Assembly: GCA_965216755.1 (NCBI GenBank)
Contig: CBDCGL010000011.1
Span: forward strand, 928,001-992,000
Length of the DNA stretch: 64,000 nucleotides
Reading direction: 5' to 3'
DNA from: Alphaproteobacteria bacterium
GTDB lineage: Bacteria > Pseudomonadota > Alphaproteobacteria > UBA7887
The notes under the pieces were generated by a model. The model did no database searches. It was not told the DNA's origin and saw only the letters and a list, made by a program, of their open reading frames with translations. This document shows positions 24,183 through 33,404 of the stretch, piece by piece. Position 1 is the first letter of the stretch, and each line of letters begins with the position of its first letter. Both the position numbers and the translations under genes were made by a program.

Positions 24183-24190
24183 TCAGCGTT

Positions 24191-24679
24191 TTAGTCGGCC
24201 GCGCGCACGGCCTCTTCAAAAAGCCGCAATGCCCGCTCGGTAAAGGCGAACATGTTCTGTTGGCGATCCGCCGACCGGGTCTCAAGCGTGATAACTTTTT
24301 CGATCGGTCCCGCCACGGCCAGGCAGGAATGTCCGGCGGAGTCGCCATAGCGGTTGCCAGTCGGCCCCGAAGCGCCGGTTTCCGCCAATCCCCAGGTTGT
24401 ACTCAAATGAGCGCACATCGTTCGGGCAAGCCACAGTGCATAGGGCTCGGAAGCAGATCGCACGCCCTCAAGAGCAGTGCCGGCCTCCGGCAACAAGGAT
24501 TGTCGCGCGGTCGCGGTATAGATAACGCCGCCACCGACAAAATAGGCCGAAGCGCCGGGCACGGCGAGCAACGACGCCGCAATCAATCCGCCGGCAGAGG
24601 ACTCCGCAACAGCGACCGTCTCTCGGCGCGATTTCAGCAGCGTCGCGACGTCCGATGAATATTTCGTTAGGTCCGTCAT
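24191..24679 (-). CDS. CinA C-terminal/PncC-like protein
   Basis: VAVAESSAGG, PGASAYF.GG, ETGASGP. Confidence 0.85.
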   Translation of the reverse strand: MTDLTKYSSDVATLLKSRRETVAVAESSAGGLIAASLLAVPGASAYFVGGGVIYTATARQSLLPEAGTALEGVRSASEPYALWLARTMCAHLSTTWGLAETGASGPTGNRYGDSAGHSCLAVAGPIEKVITLETRSADRQQNMFAFTERALRLFEEAVRAAD

Positions 24680-24712
24680 GTGTCACCAGCGGGTTGACTT
24701 ATGTTCGGGCGG

Positions 24713-25705
24713 TCAACGCAAATACGCAAGGCAGCCGGTAGACTCCAATATTGGGTCCAACGCGCCTTTGTCCGAAACCGCCGTGTACTTCGCCCGCAGC
24801 GCCGACAGGCTGCGCGCGTGATATTTCTGTGGTTGTTGGGCGAATGTGCGGCCATCAAGTTCGACCGTGAAACTGTCGCGCCCCGCCGCCAGCGCGGCAG
24901 CGTTGGCGCTCGACCATGGCAGGAAAATCGCGCCAACTTGCTCTGACAGTAGCGGCATCAATGTTGGCGCCAAGTCTAACCAACGCGCGAAATCTCCCGT
25001 TGCCTTGGGTTCCAGCATCCGCTTAACCCACGCCAATGTCTTGGCTGCGGTTGCCTTCATCATCGCACCGGGCGTCGGATCGCGAGAGCATTCGTAGAGC
25101 TGCGCGAACAGGCCGAGGTCCGCAAGCGCAGGTCGATCACCCAAAAGATAGTCGTGTTGCGCGAGATGTGCCTCCAAAATCTCAAGAAGACGCGCGAAAG
25201 AGCCCTCAATAATCGGCAGCGTCGCCGGTGACGAGCCAACGAACGCAAGGCGCGGAACCATACGCTGCCGCACCTTGCTGGCGACTTCATCAATGTTGCC
25301 CTCGGTGGCCCCAACATGCGCAATGGCGATCTCACGAGCGGTAGCCAGCTGATCTGGTTCGTAAGTCCACCGATAGTGAAACATCGGTTTGTTGCCCCAT
25401 TCGTCCGCGTACTCCTCGATCAGGGCTGACAGAAAAGCCAAGGTTGAATCGGCTGGCTGCAGCGGCGGCGTCGGATACCTCGCCTCCAACTTCTCAATTG
25501 TCGGAGTCGAATCCTGCAGACCTTCGTCGTCCGGCGTAATGACGAGCGGGATCAACGGCAACCGTGCATATTCTTCGAATGTCGCTTGGTTGGACGGATT
25601 GCGGATCAGCCACTCGAACGGCAAGTCCTTGAACCGAAAGTAAGACCGAACCTTCACCGAGTACGGTGATAGCTCGGAGCCAAATATCCTAAAAGTCTGT
25701 GCCAT
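24713..25705 (-). CDS. Glutathione S-transferase family protein
   Basis: SPYSVKVRSY, IPLV, QDST, YLLGDRPALAD. Confidence 0.85.
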   Translation of the reverse strand: MAQTFRIFGSELSPYSVKVRSYFRFKDLPFEWLIRNPSNQATFEEYARLPLIPLVITPDDEGLQDSTPTIEKLEARYPTPPLQPADSTLAFLSALIEEYADEWGNKPMFHYRWTYEPDQLATAREIAIAHVGATEGNIDEVASKVRQRMVPRLAFVGSSPATLPIIEGSFARLLEILEAHLAQHDYLLGDRPALADLGLFAQLYECSRDPTPGAMMKATAAKTLAWVKRMLEPKATGDFARWLDLAPTLMPLLSEQVGAIFLPWSSANAAALAAGRDSFTVELDGRTFAQQPQKYHARSLSALRAKYTAVSDKGALDPILESTGCLAYLR

Positions 25706-25710
25706 TCCCC

Positions 25711-26505
25711 CTACTCGCCTGAAAAGTTGGGCATGCGTTTCTCGACGAAAGCCGTGACCGCTTCCTGTCGATCACGGGTCATATTGGAGATCATTTCATA
25801 GGCAATCGCTGCGTCTGAAATTTTGTTCGCGAGATCACGCAGGGCTATGTTCATAGCCGCCTTGGTCCAACGCACGGCCCAACGCGGATTGCCGAGGATC
25901 TTTGATGCGACTTCGTTAACTTTGGCATCGAGTTGATCGGACGGCACGGCATAGTTGATCAACCCCATCTGTACGGCATCGCCGGCGGTTACCAAATCAC
26001 CGGTGAGCAACAACTCTTTGGCACGCGCAAATCCAATCATTTGCGGCCAGATCACCGCGCCGCCATCGCCCGCAACCAACCCGACTTTCACATGTGGGTC
26101 CCCGATCCGCGCGCTCTCGTCGGCGACGATCACGTCGCACAATAAAGCCATCGAGGCGCCCAACCCAACGGCGGCCCCATTCAGGCGGCAAATGATCGGT
26201 TTCTGAAGATCCAATAGGCTACTGATAATACGCTTTGCATCCGGTGCGATATCACGGAACATCGTCGGATCATCGATCATGTCCTGGAACCAATCCATGT
26301 CTCCGCCGGCGCAAAATGCGCGTCCGTGCCCAGTTAGTACAATGAGATCGCTGCTGGGATCTCGTTGGAGGTCAACGAACACGCGCGCCAATTCTTCGTG
26401 AAGCCGGTGATTTACGCCATTCATTGGCGTATTGCTGGCCAGCGTCACGCGCAATATTTGACCGTTGCGATCGAAACGAATGAGCTTGTAGTTTTCGAAC
26501 TTCAT
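25711..26505 (-). CDS. Crotonase family protein with His/Asp (CamK-like) active-site signature
   Basis: FCAGGD, GAAVGLG, IGDPHVKVGLVAGDGG. Confidence 0.88.
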   Translation of the reverse strand: MKFENYKLIRFDRNGQILRVTLASNTPMNGVNHRLHEELARVFVDLQRDPSSDLIVLTGHGRAFCAGGDMDWFQDMIDDPTMFRDIAPDAKRIISSLLDLQKPIICRLNGAAVGLGASMALLCDVIVADESARIGDPHVKVGLVAGDGGAVIWPQMIGFARAKELLLTGDLVTAGDAVQMGLINYAVPSDQLDAKVNEVASKILGNPRWAVRWTKAAMNIALRDLANKISDAAIAYEMISNMTRDRQEAVTAFVEKRMPNFSGE

Positions 26506-26554
26506 AGCCGGTTTCCTTTGACTCGCACTTCAGAAGTTCCCACGGCGTCCGGAA

Positions 26555-27640
26555 CTATGCGACGGCCGACACCGGTGACAGCGATTGCAAGGCCGGTCGC
26601 ACCCGCTCGGCAAACAAACGCAGATTGCGCTCCGCCTCGTCCCACGGCAAACCGGCGTAACTGAACACGCCGACGAAGCTCTCGGCGCCGCTGCGTTCGC
26701 AAAACCCGCGAATGCGGGCAACGCACTCATCCGGCGTGCCAAAAACCTGCAGGCCCAGGAAAAAATCGATGAAGCTATCCACTCCATAGCGTTCGATCTT
26801 TTCGGCAATTTTTCCGTAATACTCGTAGCCCTTGGTGGTCGTGAGGTGCTTCTTGGCGAACTCATAATGCTCAAGCACAGAGTGAAAGTATCCACCGATA
26901 TAGATCTTGGCATGGTCGCGCGCGCGATCGGCATCTTGGTCGCAAAAGACCCACCCGGCCAATATTGGTGCCGGTGCCGTTGCACCTTCATTGATTGTGG
27001 TGAAGGCATCACGATAGGCCGTCAGCTCCTTGTCGAGCTCCTCCCAAGGTTTTTGCGGAATGATCAGGAGACCGACGCCAAGACGCGCCATGATCGGCAC
27101 AGACTCTGGCGACACCGCGGCCGCATAGGTTCGGCCCTTGAATGTCTTGAGCGGCGCGGGGCGAATGGCGACACGCGGTTGCTTGATGAATTCCCCGTCG
27201 AAGACGCAGTGGCCGGATTCCAGCCCGGCCAAAATCATCTCCGCACACTCAACGAAGCGCCCCCGGCTTTCGTCCATGGTCTGGCGAAAACCATCGAATT
27301 CGACGCGGCCTGCACCGCGCCCGATCCCCAGCACAACCCGGCCATCCGACATGTTGTCAAGCATCGACACTTGCTCGGCAACACGCAACGGATCCCGCCA
27401 CGGCAACACAACCACCATCGTGCCCAACTGTATGCGCGTGGTCCGCGCTGCCATCCACGTCAGATATTGGAGCGGATCAGGGCACATCGTGTAGTCGGTA
27501 AAATGGTGCTCGACCGTCCATATTGAATCGAAACCGAGCGGCTCGGCCAGGTCCGACAATCGAAGATCTTCTTGATAGACCTCGAAGTCAGAGCGCACTT
27601 TGCCTGGGTTCTGAAAGATCGTTGCCATCCCGACTTGCAT
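26555..27640 (-). CDS. LLM-class (luciferase-like) flavin-dependent monooxygenase
   Basis: GFDSIWTVEHHF, PLRVAEQVSMLD, GRVVLGIGRG, LRLFAERVRP. Confidence 0.92.
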   Translation of the reverse strand: MQVGMATIFQNPGKVRSDFEVYQEDLRLSDLAEPLGFDSIWTVEHHFTDYTMCPDPLQYLTWMAARTTRIQLGTMVVVLPWRDPLRVAEQVSMLDNMSDGRVVLGIGRGAGRVEFDGFRQTMDESRGRFVECAEMILAGLESGHCVFDGEFIKQPRVAIRPAPLKTFKGRTYAAAVSPESVPIMARLGVGLLIIPQKPWEELDKELTAYRDAFTTINEGATAPAPILAGWVFCDQDADRARDHAKIYIGGYFHSVLEHYEFAKKHLTTTKGYEYYGKIAEKIERYGVDSFIDFFLGLQVFGTPDECVARIRGFCERSGAESFVGVFSYAGLPWDEAERNLRLFAERVRPALQSLSPVSAVA

Positions 27641-27856
27641 GCCGAATGCCCTTTATTTTCCACCGTGACTTCCAGACCACCTTGCCACAAAGCTGGCACA
27701 CGCGGAACACACGCGCCGCACGTCGACGGATCGCACGCGCAGAACGCGGTGTGCATACACCTCGCCCCAACGGGCGATGAATGCAATCCGAGAGTCCGGG
27801 TATGTTCGCACGGTCAGGGAAGTCTCGTTTTGCAATCAGTCAGTGAGAGGTCGCAC

Positions 27857-28417
27857 ATGCTAGACGGCCCCTTTGCCAGTCTATTGCAGGCCGCATTGTC
27901 TGCGGCAGCGGGCGTGTTGGTTGCGGTGCCGTCGAACGTCGCGGCACAATCGACCGATATCACAACCGAATATCTGATGACGCTTCATGCTCCACTTGAT
28001 CCTCCGCAAATTGCCAACCGCGACCTCTTTATTTACAACGTCCAGCCCGGCGGATGGGTCAAGGGACCGAATATCCAGGGTGAGTTTTTGGCACCAAGCG
28101 CGGATTGGCTCAGAGTGATGCCGAACGGCACCTCGAAAGTCGACATCCGCGGCTCGATCAAGGCCGACGATGGGTCGATCATCTACATCACCTATACCGG
28201 CCGGATTGTCTTGACCGAACACACCTTGCAGAAACTGGCGATCAACGATGAGACGTTGGGCCCGGACGACCTCTATTTCATGACGTCGCCGACATTCGAA
28301 ACGATTTCTGAAAAGTACGGGTGGCTCAATGACGTGGTGGCGGTGGGCAAAATGGTGTCCTTGAAAGCCGGCACGGATAGCAGTCACGTCACCTACGATA
28401 TTTTCCTCGTTCGATAG
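27857..28417 (+). CDS. DUF3237 family beta-barrel protein, possibly secreted
   Basis: GGWVKGP.I.G, ADW, DDG.IIYI.Y.G, PTFET..EKY.WLN; hydrophobic N-terminus. Confidence 0.8.
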   Translation: MLDGPFASLLQAALSAAAGVLVAVPSNVAAQSTDITTEYLMTLHAPLDPPQIANRDLFIYNVQPGGWVKGPNIQGEFLAPSADWLRVMPNGTSKVDIRGSIKADDGSIIYITYTGRIVLTEHTLQKLAINDETLGPDDLYFMTSPTFETISEKYGWLNDVVAVGKMVSLKAGTDSSHVTYDIFLVR

Positions 28418-28486
28418 CCGTCGCAACGAGGTACCGAGGCGCAAGCCAGCGCAGAACGACCGACAGAAACGACCCTAACAAGCCTT

Positions 28487-28523
28487 ACGGCCCCGAGCGC
28501 GATTTCGGGGCCGTCTTCTTGTT
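28487..28523 (+). terminator. Probable intrinsic terminator
   Basis: ACGGCCCCGA-loop-TCGGGGCCGT then CTTCTTGTT. Confidence 0.55.
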
Positions 28524-28589
28524 GATAGCTTCAGGATCTATCGCTGCTATGATCTTGTACACACCGCATCATGGGAATGGGGACGGATC

Positions 28590-30224
28590 ATGAAAACTGG
28601 CGATGTCATTGCCGAAATCCTGAAACGTGAGGGCGTCGAAATCGTTTTCGGCTATCCGGTAAATCACATTTTGGAATGTGCGGCAAAGGCCGATATCCGG
28701 CCAATAATCGTCCGCCAGGAACGCACGGGATTACACATGGCGGATGCCATGTCGCGGCTGACCAGCGGCGAGAAATTGGGCGTATTCGTCATGCAGCACG
28801 GCCCAGGCACCGAGAACGCGTTCGGCGGCGTTGCCCAAGCCTTTGGCGATTCTGTCCCGATCCTGGTCATGCCGATGGGCTATGCGCGGCGACTGGCTCA
28901 CGTGACACCCAATTTCAATGCCGTCGCAAACTTCCAACAGGTCACGAAATTGGCAGAACCGGTTACGTCGCTGGCTGAGGTTCCCCACATCATGCGGCGC
29001 GCTTTTACCCAATTGCGCAACGGCCGTCCCGCCCCGGCGTTGGTCGAAGTTCCTGTCGACATGTTCGCCGAAGACTGGTCGGGCGACCTCAATTACACGC
29101 CACCGCCGAGCACACGCACAGCACCAGATCCCGTCGACGTCTCACGCGCGGCTGACGCTCTGGTCGCGGCTGCCCGCCCGGTCATTTATGCCGGCCAAGG
29201 CGTGCACTACGCAAAGGGTTGGGACTCTTTGAAGGAACTCGCGGAACTATTGGCCGCGCCGGTGACCACAAGTCTCGGCGGCAAGAGCGCGTTTCCGGAG
29301 ACCCATCCTTTGTCGCTTGGCACAGCGGGCCGGACCATGCCGCGGCCGGTTCACGACTTTCTCCACAATGCCGATCTCATTTTCGGCATTGGCTGTAGTT
29401 TCACATCGACCCCGTTTGGCGTCGCGATGCCAAGTGACAAAACAATCATCCATGCGACCCTAGACACCGCTGACCTGAACAAGGACGTGATCGCCCAACA
29501 CGTGCTGCTCGGCGATGCTGATTTGACTTTGCGGGCCTTGATCGACGAGGTGCGGGATCGGTTGGGCGGCGGAGTGCGCGACGCGGGTTCGGTCACAGAT
29601 GAAATCGCGACGGGTCGTGAAACGTGGTTGGCTGAGTGGAAACCCAAGCTGACATCGAATGAAACCCCGCTGTCGCCCTATCGCGTGTTATGGGATTTGG
29701 CCAACACGGTCGATCGCGACAATACGATCATCACCCACGATGCCGGCAGCCCGCGGGATCAAATTTCGCCGTTTTGGCAAGCGACGACACCCCTTTCGTA
29801 CATTGGTTGGGGCAAAACCACCCAATTGGGATACGGCTTGGGTTTGGCGATGGGTGCCAAGTTGGTTCACCCAGACAAGCTCTGCATCAATGTTTGGGGC
29901 GACGCCGCGATCGGATTTACCGGTATGGATTTCGAAACCGCCGTGCGTGAACGCATTCCGATTTTGTCAATCCTGCTTAATAACTTCTCCATGGCGATTG
30001 AGCTTAAGATCATGCAGGTATCGACTGAGAAATACCGGAGCACTGACATATCCGGCGACTATGCGGCGATGGCGCGTGCATTTGGCGGATATGGAGAGCG
30101 GGTAACCACCCCAGATGAGATCGTGCCGGCGATCCGCCGCGGCATCGAGCAAACGCAAAACGGCGTCCCCGCCTTGCTTGAATTCCTCACATCTAAGGAA
30201 ACGTCGATTTCCACGTTTGGCTAA
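28590..30224 (+). CDS. Thiamine-diphosphate-requiring enzyme (ALS/decarboxylase superfamily)
   Basis: RQE, QHGPG, WGDAAIG...LNN ThDP motif. Confidence 0.9.
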   Translation: MKTGDVIAEILKREGVEIVFGYPVNHILECAAKADIRPIIVRQERTGLHMADAMSRLTSGEKLGVFVMQHGPGTENAFGGVAQAFGDSVPILVMPMGYARRLAHVTPNFNAVANFQQVTKLAEPVTSLAEVPHIMRRAFTQLRNGRPAPALVEVPVDMFAEDWSGDLNYTPPPSTRTAPDPVDVSRAADALVAAARPVIYAGQGVHYAKGWDSLKELAELLAAPVTTSLGGKSAFPETHPLSLGTAGRTMPRPVHDFLHNADLIFGIGCSFTSTPFGVAMPSDKTIIHATLDTADLNKDVIAQHVLLGDADLTLRALIDEVRDRLGGGVRDAGSVTDEIATGRETWLAEWKPKLTSNETPLSPYRVLWDLANTVDRDNTIITHDAGSPRDQISPFWQATTPLSYIGWGKTTQLGYGLGLAMGAKLVHPDKLCINVWGDAAIGFTGMDFETAVRERIPILSILLNNFSMAIELKIMQVSTEKYRSTDISGDYAAMARAFGGYGERVTTPDEIVPAIRRGIEQTQNGVPALLEFLTSKETSISTFG

Positions 30225-30439
30225 CCGGGGACAATCGAACCCAGCAGTCTGATGCCAGACTAACGAACGCGATACTCAGTTCGTGCCGAACGCGACAAAC
30301 ACGGCGGGTGGCGGAATCCACACGCGTTCCTCCTCGGCTGTGGCCGAGGCCATGGTCTGTGTCCCAATAGCCAACTTGAATGCCGGGCTACAAAAGGCCA
30401 CAGTTTGGCCTATGTCGCCGGTCGTTGAAGGAACCGACA

Positions 30440-30889
30440 ATGACGAAAAAAAGCTACACCCGATCTGCAGAAGCGGTAGCAAATCTGTCGCCAGAGCAGT
30501 ACGCCGTCACCCAAAATGACGCAACCGAGCCGGCGTTTCGGAATGCATTTTGGGATCACCACGAAGTTGGCCTCTACGTTGATGTGGTCAGCGGCGAACC
30601 TCTCTTCACGTCAAACGAGAAATTCGACTCGCATTGCGGTTGGCCGAGCTTCACCAAGCCGATCGAACCGGAACATGTCGTCGAACGCCACGACGAGAGC
30701 CACGGCATGATCCGGACTGAGGTCCGTTCAAAATCCGGTGATTCTCATCTGGGCCACGTCTTTCCCGACGGCCCAGGAGCAAACGGCCTGCGTTATTGCA
30801 TCAACTCGGCGTCGCTTCGTTTCATCCCGAAAGACCAATTGGAAGCCGAAGGCTATGGCGAGTATGTCTCGGTCTTCGAGACCGACTGA
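30440..30889 (+). CDS. msrB: Peptide-methionine (R)-S-oxide reductase
   Basis: [27 protein letters not shown]. Confidence 0.96.
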   Translation: MTKKSYTRSAEAVANLSPEQYAVTQNDATEPAFRNAFWDHHEVGLYVDVVSGEPLFTSNEKFDSHCGWPSFTKPIEPEHVVERHDESHGMIRTEVRSKSGDSHLGHVFPDGPGANGLRYCINSASLRFIPKDQLEAEGYGEYVSVFETD

Positions 30890-31818
30890 TGGCGGCACAT
30901 GCGTCAAAACGGGTGATCTATGCCGCGTTGGCCGGCAATTCCCTGATCGCGGTCACAAAATTCGCTGCTGCGGCAATCACCGGTAGCTCGGCGATGCTCA
31001 GCGAGGCGATTCACTCCGTGGTTGATACAGGGAATCAAGGCCTGTTGCTGTTCGGGATGCGCCAAGCACGCCGCCCCGCCGACGAAATGCATCCATTCGG
31101 ATATGGCAAAGAGCTCTATTTTTGGACCTTTGTGGTCGCGATTTTGATTTTCGCCCTTGGCGCCGGCATTTCCATATATCAGGGGATCGACAAGGTCCTG
31201 CATCCCCACGCACTCACGCACGTCTACATTAACTACGTGGTTCTGGGATTGGCGATCATCTTCGAAGCTGGCGCCTGGTGGATCGCATTCAAAGAGTTTC
31301 GTCGGTCGGCCGGCCGTCGGGGCTTTGTCGCCGCCATTCGAGACAGCAAGGACCCAACAGTGTTCACCGTACTATTCGAAGACAGTGCGGCGATGCTGTC
31401 TTTGATCGTGGCGATCATCGGCATAGCGGCCTCGGACCTGTTAGGTATTCCGATCCTGGACGGCGTCGCGTCGATCATCATCGGGTTAATTCTGGGCCTA
31501 ACCGCCGTCGTCCTGGCCTATGAGTGCAAGGGCTTACTTATTGGCGAAGGCGCCAGCCCAGCAGTCATTGCTGGCATCCGCCAAATCGTCATCGCGCGCC
31601 CGGAGATCAATCGAATCAATGAGATCCTGACCATGCATATGTCGCCCGCGGACATCCTCTTGAACGTCAGCGTTGATTTTCACAACAAATTCAATGCCGG
31701 ACAGATCGAAACCACTGTGACCGAACTAGAAGACGCCATAAAACGCAAATTTCCCGAAATCAAACGGATTTTCATCGAGATTCAAAGCTGGCGTGCGCAC
31801 CGCCGGAATGTTACCTGA
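30889..31818 (+). CDS. Cation diffusion facilitator transporter
   Basis: EAIHSVVD, HPFGYGKE, FEDSA; TGATG coupling with msrB. Confidence 0.92.
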   Translation: MAAHASKRVIYAALAGNSLIAVTKFAAAAITGSSAMLSEAIHSVVDTGNQGLLLFGMRQARRPADEMHPFGYGKELYFWTFVVAILIFALGAGISIYQGIDKVLHPHALTHVYINYVVLGLAIIFEAGAWWIAFKEFRRSAGRRGFVAAIRDSKDPTVFTVLFEDSAAMLSLIVAIIGIAASDLLGIPILDGVASIIIGLILGLTAVVLAYECKGLLIGEGASPAVIAGIRQIVIARPEINRINEILTMHMSPADILLNVSVDFHNKFNAGQIETTVTELEDAIKRKFPEIKRIFIEIQSWRAHRRNVT

Positions 31819-31840
31819 ATGTGAGGGCATCAAGGTCGCC

Positions 31841-31871
31841 ACAAAGAAAGGCGGCGCGGTGGCCGCCTTTC
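31841..31871 (-). terminator. Intrinsic terminator (minus strand; may also serve the CDF gene)
   Basis: GAAAGGCGGC/GCCGCCTTTC stem, followed by TTTGT on minus strand. Confidence 0.7.
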
Positions 31872-31918
31872 CGTGATTTTGGGCCGAAATTGTAGCCCTG
31901 ATCCTAAGATCGTAAGCG

Positions 31919-31999
31919 TTAGCGCAGGCCGAAGAGGCTGCTCCCCTGTCTGCGACCGCCGCCTAAAGTCACAAGATCGGCTCCGATATCACTGGACAT
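31919..31999 (-). CDS. 26-aa small ORF MSSDIGADLVTLGGGRRQGSSLFGLR
   Basis: ATG 7 nt after AGGAGG of a perfect extended SD; TAA at 31919-31921. Confidence 0.5.
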   Translation of the reverse strand: MSSDIGADLVTLGGGRRQGSSLFGLR

Positions 32000-32706
32000 T
32001 GGATCACCTCCTTTCGCTGATTGGACACTCCATTGAATATGCACGGAATTTCTCGGCTTTTCCAGTCTTCGATATGGGGTGTTTCAATGGATTTCCTTGG
32101 CAAAAAGCCGGTCGATCCCTGAACGATTGACAATCCCCGTCTCGTGATCCGGACCGTGTCGCGATACTCGGCGTGATATCGGGGCGCACCATCGTCGAAC
32201 CGATGCCCCCAATCGACTGTAAACCCGATACAATCTCGGTCGTATTCCGTCGCCTTCTCTACTGAGACGATGTGAAAGATCGGCATCGCCGCAGCGATCT
32301 GAACTGTGCTTGCCTCATACGATCCGACTATTGGCAAGGTCGTCATGTTGTGGACAATCAACCGCGATACGCGCCGCTCAACCAACATATTTCAGAACTG
32401 ACGCCGGCATAGTGCAACTCCGGCCCGTACGTGGTCAAAACTCACAAAACCAACCTGGGTTGCTAAGCGAGCAGCGGATTAATTCTCATGTAACGACAAT
32501 AATTGTGATGCGACCTTTGTGATGACTAGGCATGCGCCGGCGGCGGCAAAGCCGGTGTCTCGTACCTGCTAAAACGTCATCGCCACTCGGGCAAAGGGTG
32601 CGCCATTCTTTGCAGGCGCCGACCATTTGTACAAACGTGGACTTCACATGATGCGGCGCCCCGGCGTAATCGCCGCGTTGGCCAATCACGGTACTTGCCG
32701 TTGAAA

Positions 32707-32782
32707 TGGTGGGCGATGACGGGATCGAACCGCCGACCCTCTCGGTGTAAACGAGATGCTCTCCCAGCTGAGCTAATCGCCC
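32707..32782 (-). tRNA. tRNA-Val(TAC)
   Basis: Reverse complement GGGCGATTAGCTCAGCTGGGAGAGCATCTCGTTTACACCGAGAGGGTCGGCGGTTCGATCCCGTCATCGCCCACCA. Confidence 0.97.
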
Positions 32783-32907
32783 GTCAGCTTGGGACAGTAA
32801 ATCACAAAGCTCGCAAGAGAAGGCAAGAAAAATGGAAAGTTTGTATCGGCCACCCTTACAGTTGGATGGCCGATACACAACAAGATCAGTTGCTCGATTG
32901 CCCGTTC

Positions 32908-33183
32908 TTATATGTTGACAGCATCTTTGAGGCCTTTACCGGCCTTGAATTTCGGATGCTTGGATGCCGCAATTTGGATCTTTTCGCCCGTTCGGGGATT
33001 TCGTCCTTCTGTGGCCGCGCGCTTGGCGACGCTGAAGGTCCCAAATCCGACCAACCGGACTTCATCGCCGTCTTTAAGCGCGTCTGAAATCGCATCGAAC
33101 ACTGCGTCAACAGCCCGCGAGGCATCCGCCTTCGACAGTTCTGATGAATCAGCGACGATCGCGACGAGATCGTTTTTGTTCAC
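32908..33183 (-). CDS. hupB: DNA-binding protein HU
   Basis: MNKNDLV, LVGFGTF, GRNPRTG, KFKAGK. Confidence 0.95.
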   Translation of the reverse strand: MNKNDLVAIVADSSELSKADASRAVDAVFDAISDALKDGDEVRLVGFGTFSVAKRAATEGRNPRTGEKIQIAASKHPKFKAGKGLKDAVNI

Positions 33184-33404
33184 AGCCCCGACCCCCCTTA
33201 TTCGGAATTAACTGCGTGAAACCTGATGCCTGCCGCCGGGCACCAAACGCGCGACTCTATCCAAGCGGACCAGCGCCCGTCAATGCAAACCTAGCTAACA
33301 AACTTAGATCATAGGTTTATGCGGCAACCGAACCGCACTGACATCTTATGCAATGCATAAATTGGGCCCCCTATCGGTCGAAAATCGACGTGACGTAGCG
33401 CCCA

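Larger units (their letters stand above)
31841..32030 (-). ncRNA. Candidate small transcript with extended SD (possibly BjrC1505-like)
   Basis: Promoter-like TGGAAA-N17-CATATT, AAAGGAGGTGATCCA, smORF, terminator. Confidence 0.55.

Noticed and set aside
32000-32015. 16S rRNA gene or fragment
   Set aside because: Only the terminal 16 nt match; flanks are not rRNA-like, and the match reads as an SD on the opposite strand
31969-32388. 139-aa minus-strand ORF
   Set aside because: No recognisable motif, and its 3' part overlaps the promoter, SD and smORF of the small transcript; a shorter real gene cannot be excluded
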